This document shows, piece by piece, positions 9,008-20,145 of a stretch of DNA of 64,000 nt. The stretch is from the NCBI GenBank assembly GCA_963733675.1, contig CAVTET010000004.1, forward strand, positions 736,001 to 800,000, written 5' to 3'. Under the pieces are notes generated by a model. It searched no databases and was not told where the DNA came from. It saw only the letters and a program-made list of their open reading frames with translations. Source of the stretch: an uncultured Methanosarcinaceae archaeon (GTDB lineage Archaea > Halobacteriota > Methanosarcinia > Methanosarcinales > Methanosarcinaceae). How positions within the stretch are numbered: position 1 is the first letter of the stretch; the number at the start of each line of letters is the position of its first letter. The translations under genes were made by a program, and so were the position numbers.

Positions 9008-11587
9008 TTAAGATTGAGAAAAGCAGATTTTGGACAGAAGAAGAGCTCTGACAAATTTAAAATCTTCTTCCTGACATTTTTCACCTATCCTAGCTCGAAT
9101 CAGCGAATCCAATTCAGTTTCTAAAATTTCGAGTACAGCTTTAATCTGCCTTTGCCTTTCGGGAGGCAAAAGTCCTCCCATGTACCTGACCTTTCCTATA
9201 AGGATAAGCTGTTCAAATTGCCTGAAAACAGCTTCAATACTCATGCCCTGAACTTCAGCAATTCGATCGATATCAAACCCATGAGTAAAAAGAGAATAAG
9301 TCCTTTGCAAAGAGTATGTTTCAAGAATATTTGTTTCAAAATGTTCCGTCTTATAAGATTTCTCCCCAATAAGGCTCATATCTAAATATTTTGCTTTTTT
9401 TGCTGGTAATCTGCAAACATCTGAGTTTTTCATTTTATCATATTCAGGAATAGGTACTTTAATTCCAAATACCTCTATTTCATTCCCCAGTTCCGGGTTT
9501 TCATCCTTTTGAACTAAGCTTTTTGCGATTACTCCCCTATTTTCAGACTTTATACCTACAACTTCTGAATTTTCTGCCTTTTCTGGAGATACTAAACTAT
9601 AGTCCCTACAGTAGTGCTCAATTTCTGTGAGAAAAATATCCCCATATTTCCGCAGTTTATGGTCTCCAACTCCTGTAATGGAATGAAATTCTTCAGAGCT
9701 ATGCGGAAATCTTGTAGCCATTTCCTTAAGGGTTGTATCAGAGAAAATTATATAAGGTGGAAGATTTTTCTTTAAAGCTATTTTTTTTCTAAGGGCTTTT
9801 AACCGCTCAAAAAGGATCGCATCATGTCCTTTTCCGGATTTTATGACTGTCTTAACTTTTGATGCATTAAGGACGTCAGCTGCTACTGAAATTCCTTCTG
9901 CCAAACATTCTTCTGTTGAGAACTCTTGTTTCGAATACTTTTCTGCTGAAACCTCTCCTGTTGGAAGTCCTTCTGTTGAGAATTGGATACCATTTCTGGC
10001 TTTATCACTCTTTGTGTCAACTATTGAAAACACTAGGCTTCCTTCAGTATTTGATGCAAAACCTTCAGGACAAGTAAGTTCTATTCGCTCCAAGCCTGTC
10101 ATAATTTTTCTGCTCATAGCATTCAGTTTCAAAACAGGATATTGTACCCCACTCACTTCAAGAAGACCTGTATCTGTCATTTCGGAAACTAATGATCTCC
10201 ATTGTTCTTTTGTGAATTCCCGGCCACTACCATGACTTTTCAACTTCTCATGATAATTTTGTCTGATTTTTTTATTTTTTGAACCTATAAGCACGTCAAT
10301 AACATAATTAGTGCCAAAGCGCTGATTTAGTTCCTGAACACAGGTAATTATTTTCATGGCAGTTTCAGTTCCTTCAAAGGTACCTTTTGGCCTGAGACAG
10401 GAATCACAATTTCCGCAGAATTTAGGGAGTTGCTCACCAAAGTATTTCATTAGTTTCTGACGCCTACATTTATTCCCCTGGCAATAAGCTACCATCTCCC
10501 TTAATTGCACAAGAGATAGATCCTTTTCATGTTCATTTGTCTTCTGAGAAATAAAGTAATCAAACTTGAAGCGGTCCCCCCTACTGAAAAAGAGGAGACA
10601 CTCACAAAGTTCCCCATCCCTTCCACCTCTTCCGGTTTCCTGGTAGTAACTTTCCAGATTTCTTGGGAGATCATAATGTATTACGAAACGCACGTTGGAC
10701 TTATCTATTCCCATCCCAAAAGCAATTGTTGCAACTATTATCGCCACATCGTCCTTTATGAACAACTCCTGGTTTTCGGTCCGTTCGGTATCCGAAAGGC
10801 CTGCATGGTAGGGAAGAGCTCTAAAACCTGCAAGATTCAACTTTTTTGTAAGGGCTTCGACACTGTTTCTGCTTTGGCAATAGATGATACCAGCTTCATT
10901 GCGATGCCTATGCAGGTAATCAATAATCTCGGAAAATGTCTCTTTCTTTGGCCTGACCTCGTAGTAGAGGTTTTTCCGATTAAAGCTAGCCAAATATGGA
11001 CCTTTTTCAGGGGATATCGACAGGGTTAGCTGAGATACGATATCCTTTCGAACCCTTTCAGTTGCTGTAGCCGTAAGTGCGATAATTGGTATATCAGGAA
11101 AACCTGTCTCTGGATCTCTTAAAAGTTTAAGGTTCCTGTACTCAGGCCGAAAATCATGTCCCCACTCAGAAATACAATGTGCCTCATCAATTGCAAAAAG
11201 GCTTACTTTTCCTTTTTTTAGAAAAGCAAAAGTTCTGGGCATCATGAGCCTTTCGGGCGCGATATAAAGTATTTTCAACCTATTTTCAAGAAAAGCTTCT
11301 TTTACATCCCTGGATTCTCTAGCACTCTGAGTGCTGTTCAACAGAGCTGCATTAATTCCATTTGTTTCAAGTCCATCCACCTGGTCTTTCATTAAGGAAA
11401 TCAGGGGAGAGACAACGACTGCAACTCCTTCCATCAGAAGGGCAGGCAGCTGATAGCAGATAGATTTGCCTCCTCCTGTAGGCATTATCACAAAAACATC
11501 TTTCTTTTCCAGAACATCTCTTATAATTTCCTCCTGCAAAGGGCGAAAAGAAGTGTAGCCAAAATACTTGTGTAGAGCAGAATGCAT
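9008..11587 (-). CDS. recQ: ATP-dependent DNA helicase RecQ with RQC and HRDC domains (start could be 11599 or 11638)
   Basis: MPTGGGKS, DEAHCISEWGHDFRPEY, QETGRGGRDG, Cys Zn-binding motif, HRDC PPYIIFSDTTL. Confidence 0.95.
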   Translation of the reverse strand: MHSALHKYFGYTSFRPLQEEIIRDVLEKKDVFVIMPTGGGKSICYQLPALLMEGVAVVVSPLISLMKDQVDGLETNGINAALLNSTQSARESRDVKEAFLENRLKILYIAPERLMMPRTFAFLKKGKVSLFAIDEAHCISEWGHDFRPEYRNLKLLRDPETGFPDIPIIALTATATERVRKDIVSQLTLSISPEKGPYLASFNRKNLYYEVRPKKETFSEIIDYLHRHRNEAGIIYCQSRNSVEALTKKLNLAGFRALPYHAGLSDTERTENQELFIKDDVAIIVATIAFGMGIDKSNVRFVIHYDLPRNLESYYQETGRGGRDGELCECLLFFSRGDRFKFDYFISQKTNEHEKDLSLVQLREMVAYCQGNKCRRQKLMKYFGEQLPKFCGNCDSCLRPKGTFEGTETAMKIITCVQELNQRFGTNYVIDVLIGSKNKKIRQNYHEKLKSHGSGREFTKEQWRSLVSEMTDTGLLEVSGVQYPVLKLNAMSRKIMTGLERIELTCPEGFASNTEGSLVFSIVDTKSDKARNGIQFSTEGLPTGEVSAEKYSKQEFSTEECLAEGISVAADVLNASKVKTVIKSGKGHDAILFERLKALRKKIALKKNLPPYIIFSDTTLKEMATRFPHSSEEFHSITGVGDHKLRKYGDIFLTEIEHYCRDYSLVSPEKAENSEVVGIKSENRGVIAKSLVQKDENPELGNEIEVFGIKVPIPEYDKMKNSDVCRLPAKKAKYLDMSLIGEKSYKTEHFETNILETYSLQRTYSLFTHGFDIDRIAEVQGMSIEAVFRQFEQLILIGKVRYMGGLLPPERQRQIKAVLEILETELDSLIRARIGEKCQEEDFKFVRALLLSKICFSQS

Positions 11588-12598
11588 TATGTCTGACATA
11601 GAAGTCTTTGACTTAAGCTCGTCTTTACTTGTCCCCAAGAGATCACAATCAGTGCCCGTTTTCGAATCCTCCTGATCTGCAGAGCATTGTTATCACGCTC
11701 GAATATAACATCTTGGAAAAAATACATGGAAGTTGAATACGCGTATATGCTTTCATGGAAAATATTGTCCAAAATTCTGTGTTTTATAATGACTACAACA
11801 CTTACACAATATATACTTGGGTTAGAAATCCATAACTTGATGGTGTTTCAAGCTGATCATATTTAAGTTACGTAGATAAGGAATGAAAATATTTAGTTAT
11901 AAGCTCTCGATACATTATTCTTAATACTTCTCGGTATATTAAGACTTAGAAAAAAACAGAATTTTTGAAGACAACTTTTGTAATCTATTCTTGTTCCTAC
12001 TTGAATATCCTTGAAGTAGTTATGTTCTCGATTTATGATTCTTTAGGCCATGTTTTTCATTCATTAATGCAGTTTGAGAGTTCAAATTATGAATTTATAA
12101 AAATTAAGAATTTTTGTTATTTTCGGTGTTTTAAATTTATTAAAATCGCAGAATGTGGGAATAAGTGACGATTTTTTCACAATAATAGAGGATATTAAGA
12201 CCTATACTATATATTTGTTATATTATAGGACTGCAGATATAAAAGTCTAAAATTATAGTTATACTATAGCAAAAGAAATAAAAATAATTTAGATATAAAA
12301 AGTTTAGTAGCTAAAATATAAATACGACAGAAAGCAAGAGGTTCACAGTATCCATTGAAATGCATCAAGGAGAATTTACTTGAAGATTTAATAGATTTCA
12401 GGCTTTGCCAGCTCTCCTAAAATCATGAAAAAAAAGGTATTTGACATACGAAATCACAAAAGTTCCTGAGATCATTATGAAGATCAGGAATTCCAACAGA
12501 AGTCTGAAGAAACGAGAGGTTTAGAATCTGAACTGCAAAAATAGGAAATGCTGCTGAGTCCAAAAAGTTAATTTGGTTTGAAGCTTATTCTAAAAAAT

Positions 12599-12886
12599 AT
12601 GCTCATCGAACAAATTCAGCTTGAAAAGGGTTGCGCTCTTGGTCTCAACTTTGAGATGCAAAAATATACTCTACTGGTTATAAGGACTAATAAAGGGTTT
12701 CTAATGTGCGGATACCTGAATATAAATGCTGCTGAAGAGTTGGGGGATACAGCAGCGAAGGTAAAAGGCGTGAAGAGCTTTGAAGATATGCTCAAAGCTC
12801 AGGTTGTAGAAGTAACTGAAATGGCCAGAGAACTTGGAGTCGAGCCAGGGATGACTGGCAGAGAAGCTCTGGATAAAATGTTTTGA
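12599..12886 (+). CDS. YunC/DUF1805 family protein
   Basis: KGFLMCGYLN, AAKVKGVKSFEDML and GMTGREAL motifs. Confidence 0.85.
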   Translation: MLIEQIQLEKGCALGLNFEMQKYTLLVIRTNKGFLMCGYLNINAAEELGDTAAKVKGVKSFEDMLKAQVVEVTEMARELGVEPGMTGREALDKMF

Positions 12887-13261
12887 GGAAAAAATACTTG
12901 AAAAATTGCTTTTAAGTATAACTTATTCATACAATTTTTTTCAAATATAATGATTTTGATCATCCTTCGCTGAATGATTAAGCTTTCATGATTAAGCTTC
13001 CAATGTAACGAATATTTGCGTTGTTCATTCACTGAAGCAAATTCTCTCTAACTAATCTCACTAAGGTGCGAACAAAAATTCATGAAAAACTGAATTAAGT
13101 GCACTTTCAAAATAAATCATCCAAATAATTGAGGAAAGTACTGATTTTACTTATTAAATAATTTTTTAGTAATTTCTTTCAAGTTTGGCAATTGCATTAA
13201 ATTTTATGTATATTTCATTATATCTATCAAAGAATTATATAATTTGAATATCATTCCAAGC

Positions 13262-13269
13262 TATATAAA
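13262..13269 (+). promoter_or_regulatory. Archaeal TATA box, implying a near-leaderless trm11 mRNA
   Basis: TATATAAA ends 21 nt before the ATG at 13291; no SD sequence visible. Confidence 0.45.
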
Positions 13270-13290
13270 TCAGTATATTCCGGATGACAG

Positions 13291-14328
13291 ATGTTATACG
13301 CTTTTGAACTCTCTGGAGAGCATGAAGAATTGCCGGCTGCTGAAGTTCTTGCTTGCCTCAAAATAGAGGAGCTTGATTTTCAGCCACATACCAAGGTTGA
13401 CCAGTGCCTGGTGGTGGATATAGCAGGTAAAGAAGAGGATGTAGAAAAAATTCTTAAAGGTACGATAACTGAAAGGCTCGCAATGACCCATCATATCCTG
13501 AAAGTTATAGGGATCACTGAAAACACCCTTGATGCGGTTCTGAAACTTACAAACTCCTTTGAGTCCTCGTACTTTATAAAGGAAGGTCAAAGTTTTGCAG
13601 TTAGGGCAAAAAGTGTTAAACGTCACGTGAACTTTCCCAGCAATCTTCTGGAACCAAAAATCGGAGGATTTATCAATAGAAAGGGCTTTCAGGCGAACCT
13701 GAAAAATCCTGATGTGGAATTTCGGCTGATCTTAAGTGGAAAGGCTGTTTTAGGAACGCTCATATCTTCCATCAACAGAAGTGCATATGAAGCCAGAAAT
13801 CCCCAAAATAAACCTTTTTTTCATCCTGGAGTCCTTGTACCCAGGCTAGCACGTGCTATTACAAATCTTTCCAAAATAAAACCTGGAGAGTTCTTCCTGG
13901 ATCCTTTTTGTGGTACTGCTGGCATACTTATTGAGGCCGGAATTTTAGGAGCACGAGTTATAGGAATCGATGCCCAAGAAAAAATTGTTAGGGGCGCCTG
14001 CATGAACCTTAGTGCCTTTGAGCTGGACTATACCTTGATGAAAGGAGATGCCCGTATGATGCCGTTTAAGGAAGGAACAATAAGCGCAATCGCGACTGAT
14101 CCACCATATGGAAGATCTGCAGCAATTCTTGCCGAATCTTTAGAGGATCTTTATTCCTGTGCTCTTGAGGATATTCAACGTGTCCTGAAGCCAGGAGGTA
14201 TTGCAGTTGTAGTCTCTGACAAGGACGCATCTGAATACGGAAAACAGATCGGACTTGAGGTCCTTGGAATCTATTTCCAGAGAGTCCACAAAAGCCTTAC
14301 TCGTAGAGTAACTATTTTTCAAAAATAG
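13291..14328 (+). CDS. THUMP-domain tRNA m2G10 methyltransferase (Trm11/TrmG10)
   Basis: THUMP region, LDPFCGTAG, TDPPYGRS, RVHKSLTR. Confidence 0.9.
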   Translation: MLYAFELSGEHEELPAAEVLACLKIEELDFQPHTKVDQCLVVDIAGKEEDVEKILKGTITERLAMTHHILKVIGITENTLDAVLKLTNSFESSYFIKEGQSFAVRAKSVKRHVNFPSNLLEPKIGGFINRKGFQANLKNPDVEFRLILSGKAVLGTLISSINRSAYEARNPQNKPFFHPGVLVPRLARAITNLSKIKPGEFFLDPFCGTAGILIEAGILGARVIGIDAQEKIVRGACMNLSAFELDYTLMKGDARMMPFKEGTISAIATDPPYGRSAAILAESLEDLYSCALEDIQRVLKPGGIAVVVSDKDASEYGKQIGLEVLGIYFQRVHKSLTRRVTIFQK

Positions 14329-14375
14329 ATGCATATTAGATATGAAATATGAAAAATGCTATTTAAGGACATTTC

Positions 14376-15185
14376 TTATTCATGGGAAATCAGTTCATCT
14401 AGCACCTCAGCCATAACTCTATGTCTGAGAATAAGTTTCTTGTTTTGCAAACCAGCTCTTCTGATAGAATAATTATCTTCGATCCAATTTATTTTTTTTT
14501 CATAATTTATTTTCATCAGGGTTAGACCACAGGCAGGAGCTGGTTCAATTCCTTCTTCATAGATATCAGGATTTAGCATCTGGAGCAGCCAGTCATTATC
14601 ATGTAAACCTTTTCCGATCATTGAAAGCGCAGTTACTATTTTTCTGACCATATTCCAAAGGAAACTATTCCCAACAATATCTATTTTTGTAACATCCCCG
14701 TCTACGCGGGCATCAATCCTTAACAAGGTTCGAATTGTACTCTTTTCTCCACTGATTCTTGAAAAGTTCTCAAAATCATGCCTTCCGATCAGCAATTTTG
14801 AAGCCTCACGGATCCTTGAAATATTGTATCCTTCCCCGCTAATTATATAGCGATAGTGTCTTGAAATCGCGTCTCTTCTAGCATCAAAGTGGCTAGGTAC
14901 CTCCGCGTGAGCCCAGGCCCAGATGGTTGGGGGAAGTTCGGAGTTTATGACCCTGGGAATTGCTAGATTTGTTTTGTCAGTATCAAAAGCTATGATCTGT
15001 TCGAAGGCATTAACTCCTGCATCTGTCCTGCCGGCGCAGGTATAATTAGCAGATTTGGGACTTTCTATGATCTCTAGATTACGAAGTGCTTTGAAGAGCT
15101 CTCCTTCCACTGTCACGACATTGGGCTGGATCTGGGAGCCGTGAAATTCGGTGCCTATGTATGCAAGCTTTAAAGCGACCCTCAT
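14376..15185 (-). CDS. truA: tRNA pseudouridine(38-40) synthase
   Basis: AGRTDAGV catalytic Asp motif; FLWNMVRKIV. Confidence 0.95.
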   Translation of the reverse strand: MRVALKLAYIGTEFHGSQIQPNVVTVEGELFKALRNLEIIESPKSANYTCAGRTDAGVNAFEQIIAFDTDKTNLAIPRVINSELPPTIWAWAHAEVPSHFDARRDAISRHYRYIISGEGYNISRIREASKLLIGRHDFENFSRISGEKSTIRTLLRIDARVDGDVTKIDIVGNSFLWNMVRKIVTALSMIGKGLHDNDWLLQMLNPDIYEEGIEPAPACGLTLMKINYEKKINWIEDNYSIRRAGLQNKKLILRHRVMAEVLDELISHE

Positions 15186-15349
15186 ACCAATCTCCGATTA
15201 CTTGGCTTTTTCTTATTTAATAGATTTCTCTTACAATCATAAAGAATACTATATAAATACATCCAAAAAGGAACCGGACTGCAGGATGAAGAGATAGAGC
15301 ATCATGAATCCAGCAATCCCTACGGATGAGCAAGTCCTTTAGGAGAGAC

Positions 15350-15550
15350 AGGAACTGCGGAGTAAGGGAGTTACATTGGAACTGTTTATGATGGCACAAC
15401 TTCTGAGTAATCAAAAACTATGTTAAAAAATCGGCAAACCAGGAAGGAAAAAAGCATACGGGCGAATTTAAATATTTGATTTTGAATAATTCCTTTCGAT
15501 CCAGAGAAGTACCACGAACATACCCCATTGTCTGCAACTGGGTGTGCAAC
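15350..15550 (+). mobile_element. IS200 tnpA 3' remnant with degenerate end hairpin
   Basis: Reverse-complement homolog of 50710-50910 (YIGTV.DGTTS..IKNYV). Confidence 0.65.
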
Positions 15551-15670
15551 CACAACCTTGATTTATTATGGTTTAATATATGCACACTGTTATATATTTA
15601 TGTAAAATTCAACCTTAATCTTAAATATAACATTGTACATTCTAGTCTAAATTTTTCGCTGGTAACAATC

Positions 15671-16741
15671 ATGATCACAAAACCGCAGGTTTTTGAATTT
15701 CTGAAACAATATGACTTAAAAAACATTACTATTGCAACAGTCTGTTCTCACTCAAGCCTTCAAATCTTTGACGGAGCGCGAAAAGAAGGATTCAGAACTC
15801 TGGGAATCTGCATTGGTAAACCACCTAAATTTTATGAAGCATTTCCAAAGGCAAAACCCGACGAGTACATTATCGTTGATAGTTATGAAGATATAATGAA
15901 CAAGGCTGAAGAACTTAGAAAAAAGAACACTATTATAATTCCACACGGTTCATTTGTTGCTTACCTGGGCACGAAAAATTTTGCAGATATGGAAGTTCCT
16001 ACTTTTGGAAACAGGGTTGTGCTAGAATGGGAATCTGATAGGGATAAAGAACGTGAGTGGTTGCTTGGAGCAGGCATTCATATGCCTGAAAAAATAGAAG
16101 ATCCTAGTGTTATTAATGGGCCTGTGATGGTTAAGTACCACGGAGCCAAAGGAGGAAAGGGTTTTTTCGTTGCAAAAACCTATAAAGAATTCAATGAACT
16201 CGTAGACAGAACCCAAAAGTTCACAATTCAGGAATTTATCACAGGGACACGTTATTACCTACATTACTTTTATTCCCCGATCAGAAGTGAGGGATATACC
16301 TTAAGCAAAGGTGTCCTTGAGCTCCTGAGTATGGACCGTAGAGTAGAGTCTAATGCCGATGAAATCTTTAGACTCGGCTCACCCAGAGAACTCATAGAAG
16401 CAGACATCCGCCCCACATATGTTGTCACAGGAAATGTACCCTTAGTAGCTAGAGAGTCCCTCTTGCCTCTTATATTTTCCCTTGGAGAAAGGGTAGTGGA
16501 AGAGTCTCTGGATCTTTTTGGCGGGATGATAGGGGCCTTCTGTCTTGAAACCGTTTTTACGGATTCTCTTGAAATCAAGGTTTTTGAAATTTCAGCTAGG
16601 ATTGTGGCTGGGACAAACCTTTATATTTCAGGCTCTCCTTATGCAGACCTGATGCAAGAAAGCCTTTCAACCGGAAGGAGAATAGCTCAAGAAATCAAAA
16701 TTGCAGTCCAGACAAACCAGCTGGATAAGATAATATCCTAA
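15671..16741 (+). CDS. purP: Formate--phosphoribosylaminoimidazolecarboxamide ligase (PurP)
   Basis: IATVCSHSSLQI, IPHGSFVAY, GAKGGKGFF, FEISARIVAGTN; ATG at 15671 preferred over the ORF-track start. Confidence 0.92.
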   Translation: MITKPQVFEFLKQYDLKNITIATVCSHSSLQIFDGARKEGFRTLGICIGKPPKFYEAFPKAKPDEYIIVDSYEDIMNKAEELRKKNTIIIPHGSFVAYLGTKNFADMEVPTFGNRVVLEWESDRDKEREWLLGAGIHMPEKIEDPSVINGPVMVKYHGAKGGKGFFVAKTYKEFNELVDRTQKFTIQEFITGTRYYLHYFYSPIRSEGYTLSKGVLELLSMDRRVESNADEIFRLGSPRELIEADIRPTYVVTGNVPLVARESLLPLIFSLGERVVEESLDLFGGMIGAFCLETVFTDSLEIKVFEISARIVAGTNLYISGSPYADLMQESLSTGRRIAQEIKIAVQTNQLDKIIS

Positions 16742-16860
16742 GTAAATGTATCTTAAACCAGTACTTATTAACTCATACTTGATAATTTCGAAAGTAAATC
16801 TACTTTTTTTAGACTTATAAAAGTGATAGATAACACAAATATATATCCATTAGTAAATAT

Positions 16861-17256
16861 ATTTACGGCTGTGCCTTTGCGCCGAACGGTGAGCAAACTG
16901 CCCGCCGGATGATTCTCAGGACCATTAGTGAAGCCCGAAGATCTATGTGTAACAAAAGTATCTAGTCTACACGGAGGCAAATAAAGCGCTGCAGTCGGCG
17001 CTCCCAAATATTCAGCACCTGACCATTCTGATTTCTGAGGGGAATATCAGTGATTTCCCCCAGTATGTTTCCACCGTCAACAGTTCATCGCCCCCTGAAA
17101 AAAGCTGGCGGTAGCCAGATGTATGTGTTTATCCTTAGTCAGCCTGGTGCTTTTCATACATATGTTCATTCGAAACTGTTTATTGTTGACGACCTGTTTG
17201 CTATCATAGGTTCCGCTAACTGTAACCGTAAAACCTGTATATGCCATTGTCATTGA
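16861..17256 (+). pseudogene. Phospholipase D-family C-terminal remnant
   Basis: YVHSKLFIVDDLFAIIGSANCNR (HKD plus GSAN); upstream fragment APNGEQTARRMILRTISEARRS. Confidence 0.7.
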
Positions 17257-18439
17257 TGAACCTATAATCAAGAACAAAACTAGAAGTTCAGTAAAAATCA
17301 TTACTTTTTTCATTATATTTACATAATATTTTGTATCGGGATTTTTTTATCATTTTTATCTCCTTGTTTATTTAATAACTCATCTGCAACTTTATTATCC
17401 AGATGCCCCATTTTTTATAACTAAACTTTGTAAAATATTAGAAAGATAATGTGTCTCCACTTTTGAACCCACTGCATCAAAATTTCAAATGTGGCTAATT
17501 CCAAGAACTTTTGGTGACAACAAAAACGTTTTAATCTTTTCCCAACGTGGTGTAAGATAGCGACGGTATGAATTCTATAAATAATATATAACTGTGTATA
17601 TTATATAATTTTCCTCCATCCGTATGTAATTTTTTGGCCCATGTATAACCGACTTTCAGTAGTTGTTCTTATGATACTAAAGTGTCTATAGCCACTGTTT
17701 TGTGAAATTTGTCCAAACATTCGCGATTATTATTCAACTAAAACTTCGGAAATAGAAGTTAGAATCTTTCAAAAGAGCTACAAGAGTAAAAAATGCAAGA
17801 TATTCTCAAAAACAACGTTTGAATGAGTAGGCAGCTTCATAAAAAAAGCAATAGCAGAAAAAAATTGTGAAAATTAAAAGGATATATGTTAAAAGTCAGT
17901 TAATGAATACAAATTTTTTTATAAAATTTATATATTATTTTCCAAATTTGACTTAAAATATCCTATAATTTATGCTGAAACTGAGAAAATGCATAGGTTT
18001 TCATACAACAAAAACCTTCCTGAAGTAAATAAGATACTGTTGATTTGTGCATCATCAACAATAACTACTCCTTCAATTCATGATGAAGCCTGATTTCCAT
18101 TAATAGTTAATTCATTTAAATCTCGGAGCCATATATCATTTTCATTGAATATAACGTGTATTATATATTTATAAGTTAGGTCCCAATAATTTCTACTGCT
18201 TTATAATTTTAAATTCAAATTGTAATATTTACGATTAGATTGTGTATTTTAGCTTTGTGAAATTCAAATAAATTTAAAAAACTTGGTATAAGAATATATT
18301 TTATGTGATAACTTATTTAAGACGAATTCTCGATGAGTTCACGATCTATCAAATGTATTAAAGCCAGTGTACCGAAAAATTCTGTAAATTCGGATCAACT
18401 CTGCACCCATTTTCTTCACCACAAAACAGAGTCTAAAGT

Positions 18440-18755
18440 CAATGAATAGGCTTACAGAACTATATTTTAATGCAGAGATTTTGCTATATAATCGATGCAC
18501 CAATGTAACCGATAAATCCTTTTTTGTAATGAAAGAAAAGGATGCAGAACAGTCATTTTCATAGAACTTTCAATACATTACTATTTATTTAGAATAGATA
18601 GCAAAAGAATTTATTGAATTTTGCTATTTTTTAATACTTTTTTGAATTTACGGGGCATCCGCAGGAGCAAAAAGTATATTCTCACACAGTGTAAAATAAT
18701 TAAATTTACAGACACATAGCCAAAAATTCTGAGATTTCATTTTTGCAGTGGAACT
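18440..18755. mobile_element. MITE-like repeat ending in an IS6-type IR
   Basis: Ends TTTTGCAGTGGAAC, similar to IS6 end TTTTGCAACGGAACC; body shared with 1275-1560 and 51900-52365. Confidence 0.6.
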
Positions 18756-18874
18756 TCAGCAGTTGAAACTCGAACCTGACAGAAGCATAAATCTTATAAT
18801 GCATAAATGAGCTTCTATCAAATTCAGGCAAATTAGAGAAATTTACTTGTATTTCGCCTTCAAATATCGTTTTA

Positions 18875-19540
18875 TTAATGTCTTTCTAAAGCTTTCTGTC
18901 GCTTTATGAACCGGATTCCCATCTCAAAGGCTTTCTCACAGTCCTTAGGGAATACCTCGTCCCGCCTTTTAGCCTTCTCTTCTGGGTCAAAACGATTCGC
19001 GACATACTTTGAATAATCATCGAATTGGTAGGTATCGGTACTATATAATGATTCAGAATAGCCAAAAATTCTCGTTGCAACTCCTTCATTTAATTCAATA
19101 ACCTTATGAAGACCAAATACATCGAAATTTTCTTCCTTAGCACCAGTAGTGTATATGTAACCGATAGGGATATTTCCCGGATATAACGATCGTGGATTCT
19201 CAGAATAAACGAGAAATGGGAATATATAGCGCTCCATGAAAGACCTCATCTCACCAGTAGAATTTCCAAGGTAGATGGGTGATCCAAGTATCACTGCATC
19301 AGCATCTTTCAGCTTTTCCAGTACAGGTGTTAGTTCATCATTCATTGCGCATTTTCCATAGCTTTTTCCATCTTTTAGTTTACAGGCAAAACAACTTATA
19401 CATCCTTTGAAATTGAGATCATAAAGATGAATAATTTCTGTTTCTGCACCCTCTAAGGCTGCACCTTCAAGAGCTCTTTCTAAAAGAGTTGCTGTATTCC
19501 ATTTCTTTCTCGGACTTCCATTTATTGCTATTGCTTTCAT
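18875..19540 (-). CDS. Flavodoxin-like / iron-sulfur flavoprotein family protein
   Basis: INGSPRKKWNT, CISCFACKLKDGKSYGKC, LGSPIYLG. Confidence 0.88.
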   Translation of the reverse strand: MKAIAINGSPRKKWNTATLLERALEGAALEGAETEIIHLYDLNFKGCISCFACKLKDGKSYGKCAMNDELTPVLEKLKDADAVILGSPIYLGNSTGEMRSFMERYIFPFLVYSENPRSLYPGNIPIGYIYTTGAKEENFDVFGLHKVIELNEGVATRIFGYSESLYSTDTYQFDDYSKYVANRFDPEEKAKRRDEVFPKDCEKAFEMGIRFIKRQKALERH

Positions 19541-20145
19541 AATTTACCTCATATTTCCTGTTTTCTTAGAATTTAGAGCTCGTCACAAAATTAAAGTTTC
19601 TGTGGCACTCTGATATAAAGAAATTATTCAAAATCAAATCTTTTCATTTGCAATACGTTTTAATATCTTCTGGGATTATCAAATTTTGCTATCAATTACA
19701 CTAGCAATTGACCTTAATCAATCAAATAAAAATCAAAAAAAATAAAAGTTTCACCATTAAATGCTTAATCTTGTTGTTTTTCAGTTGAACTACATGAATA
19801 CTATATAAATAGTTTCATAAATAAATAGTAATTCCTAACAAAGCAAAAAAATAATCTGAGAGCTTTTTTCATTACATCCAATAACAGCATATTTTCAATT
19901 TGCGTTTCAAATTTTTCACCAAGATCCACTAAAACAAAGACTGAAGCAAGGTTGAATTTTTGCATCTAAATATTACTGATTTCTGATGAAAAACTTTGGA
20001 ATCCGTTTTCATGCTTCATGTATGTGTCAATGACCCACAAGGATTTAGAAAGATTTTCGACAAAGCCAAAAACAAATATTGGAATGAATTCAAGGTATAG
20101 AGAAACGCATTAAGCTAATGGATCTTGATTACTCAATAGAAATTG

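Noticed and set aside
15476-15670. 65-aa N-terminal extension of PurP
   Set aside because: Reads through the IS200 end and promoter DNA; family similarity starts at MITKPQ
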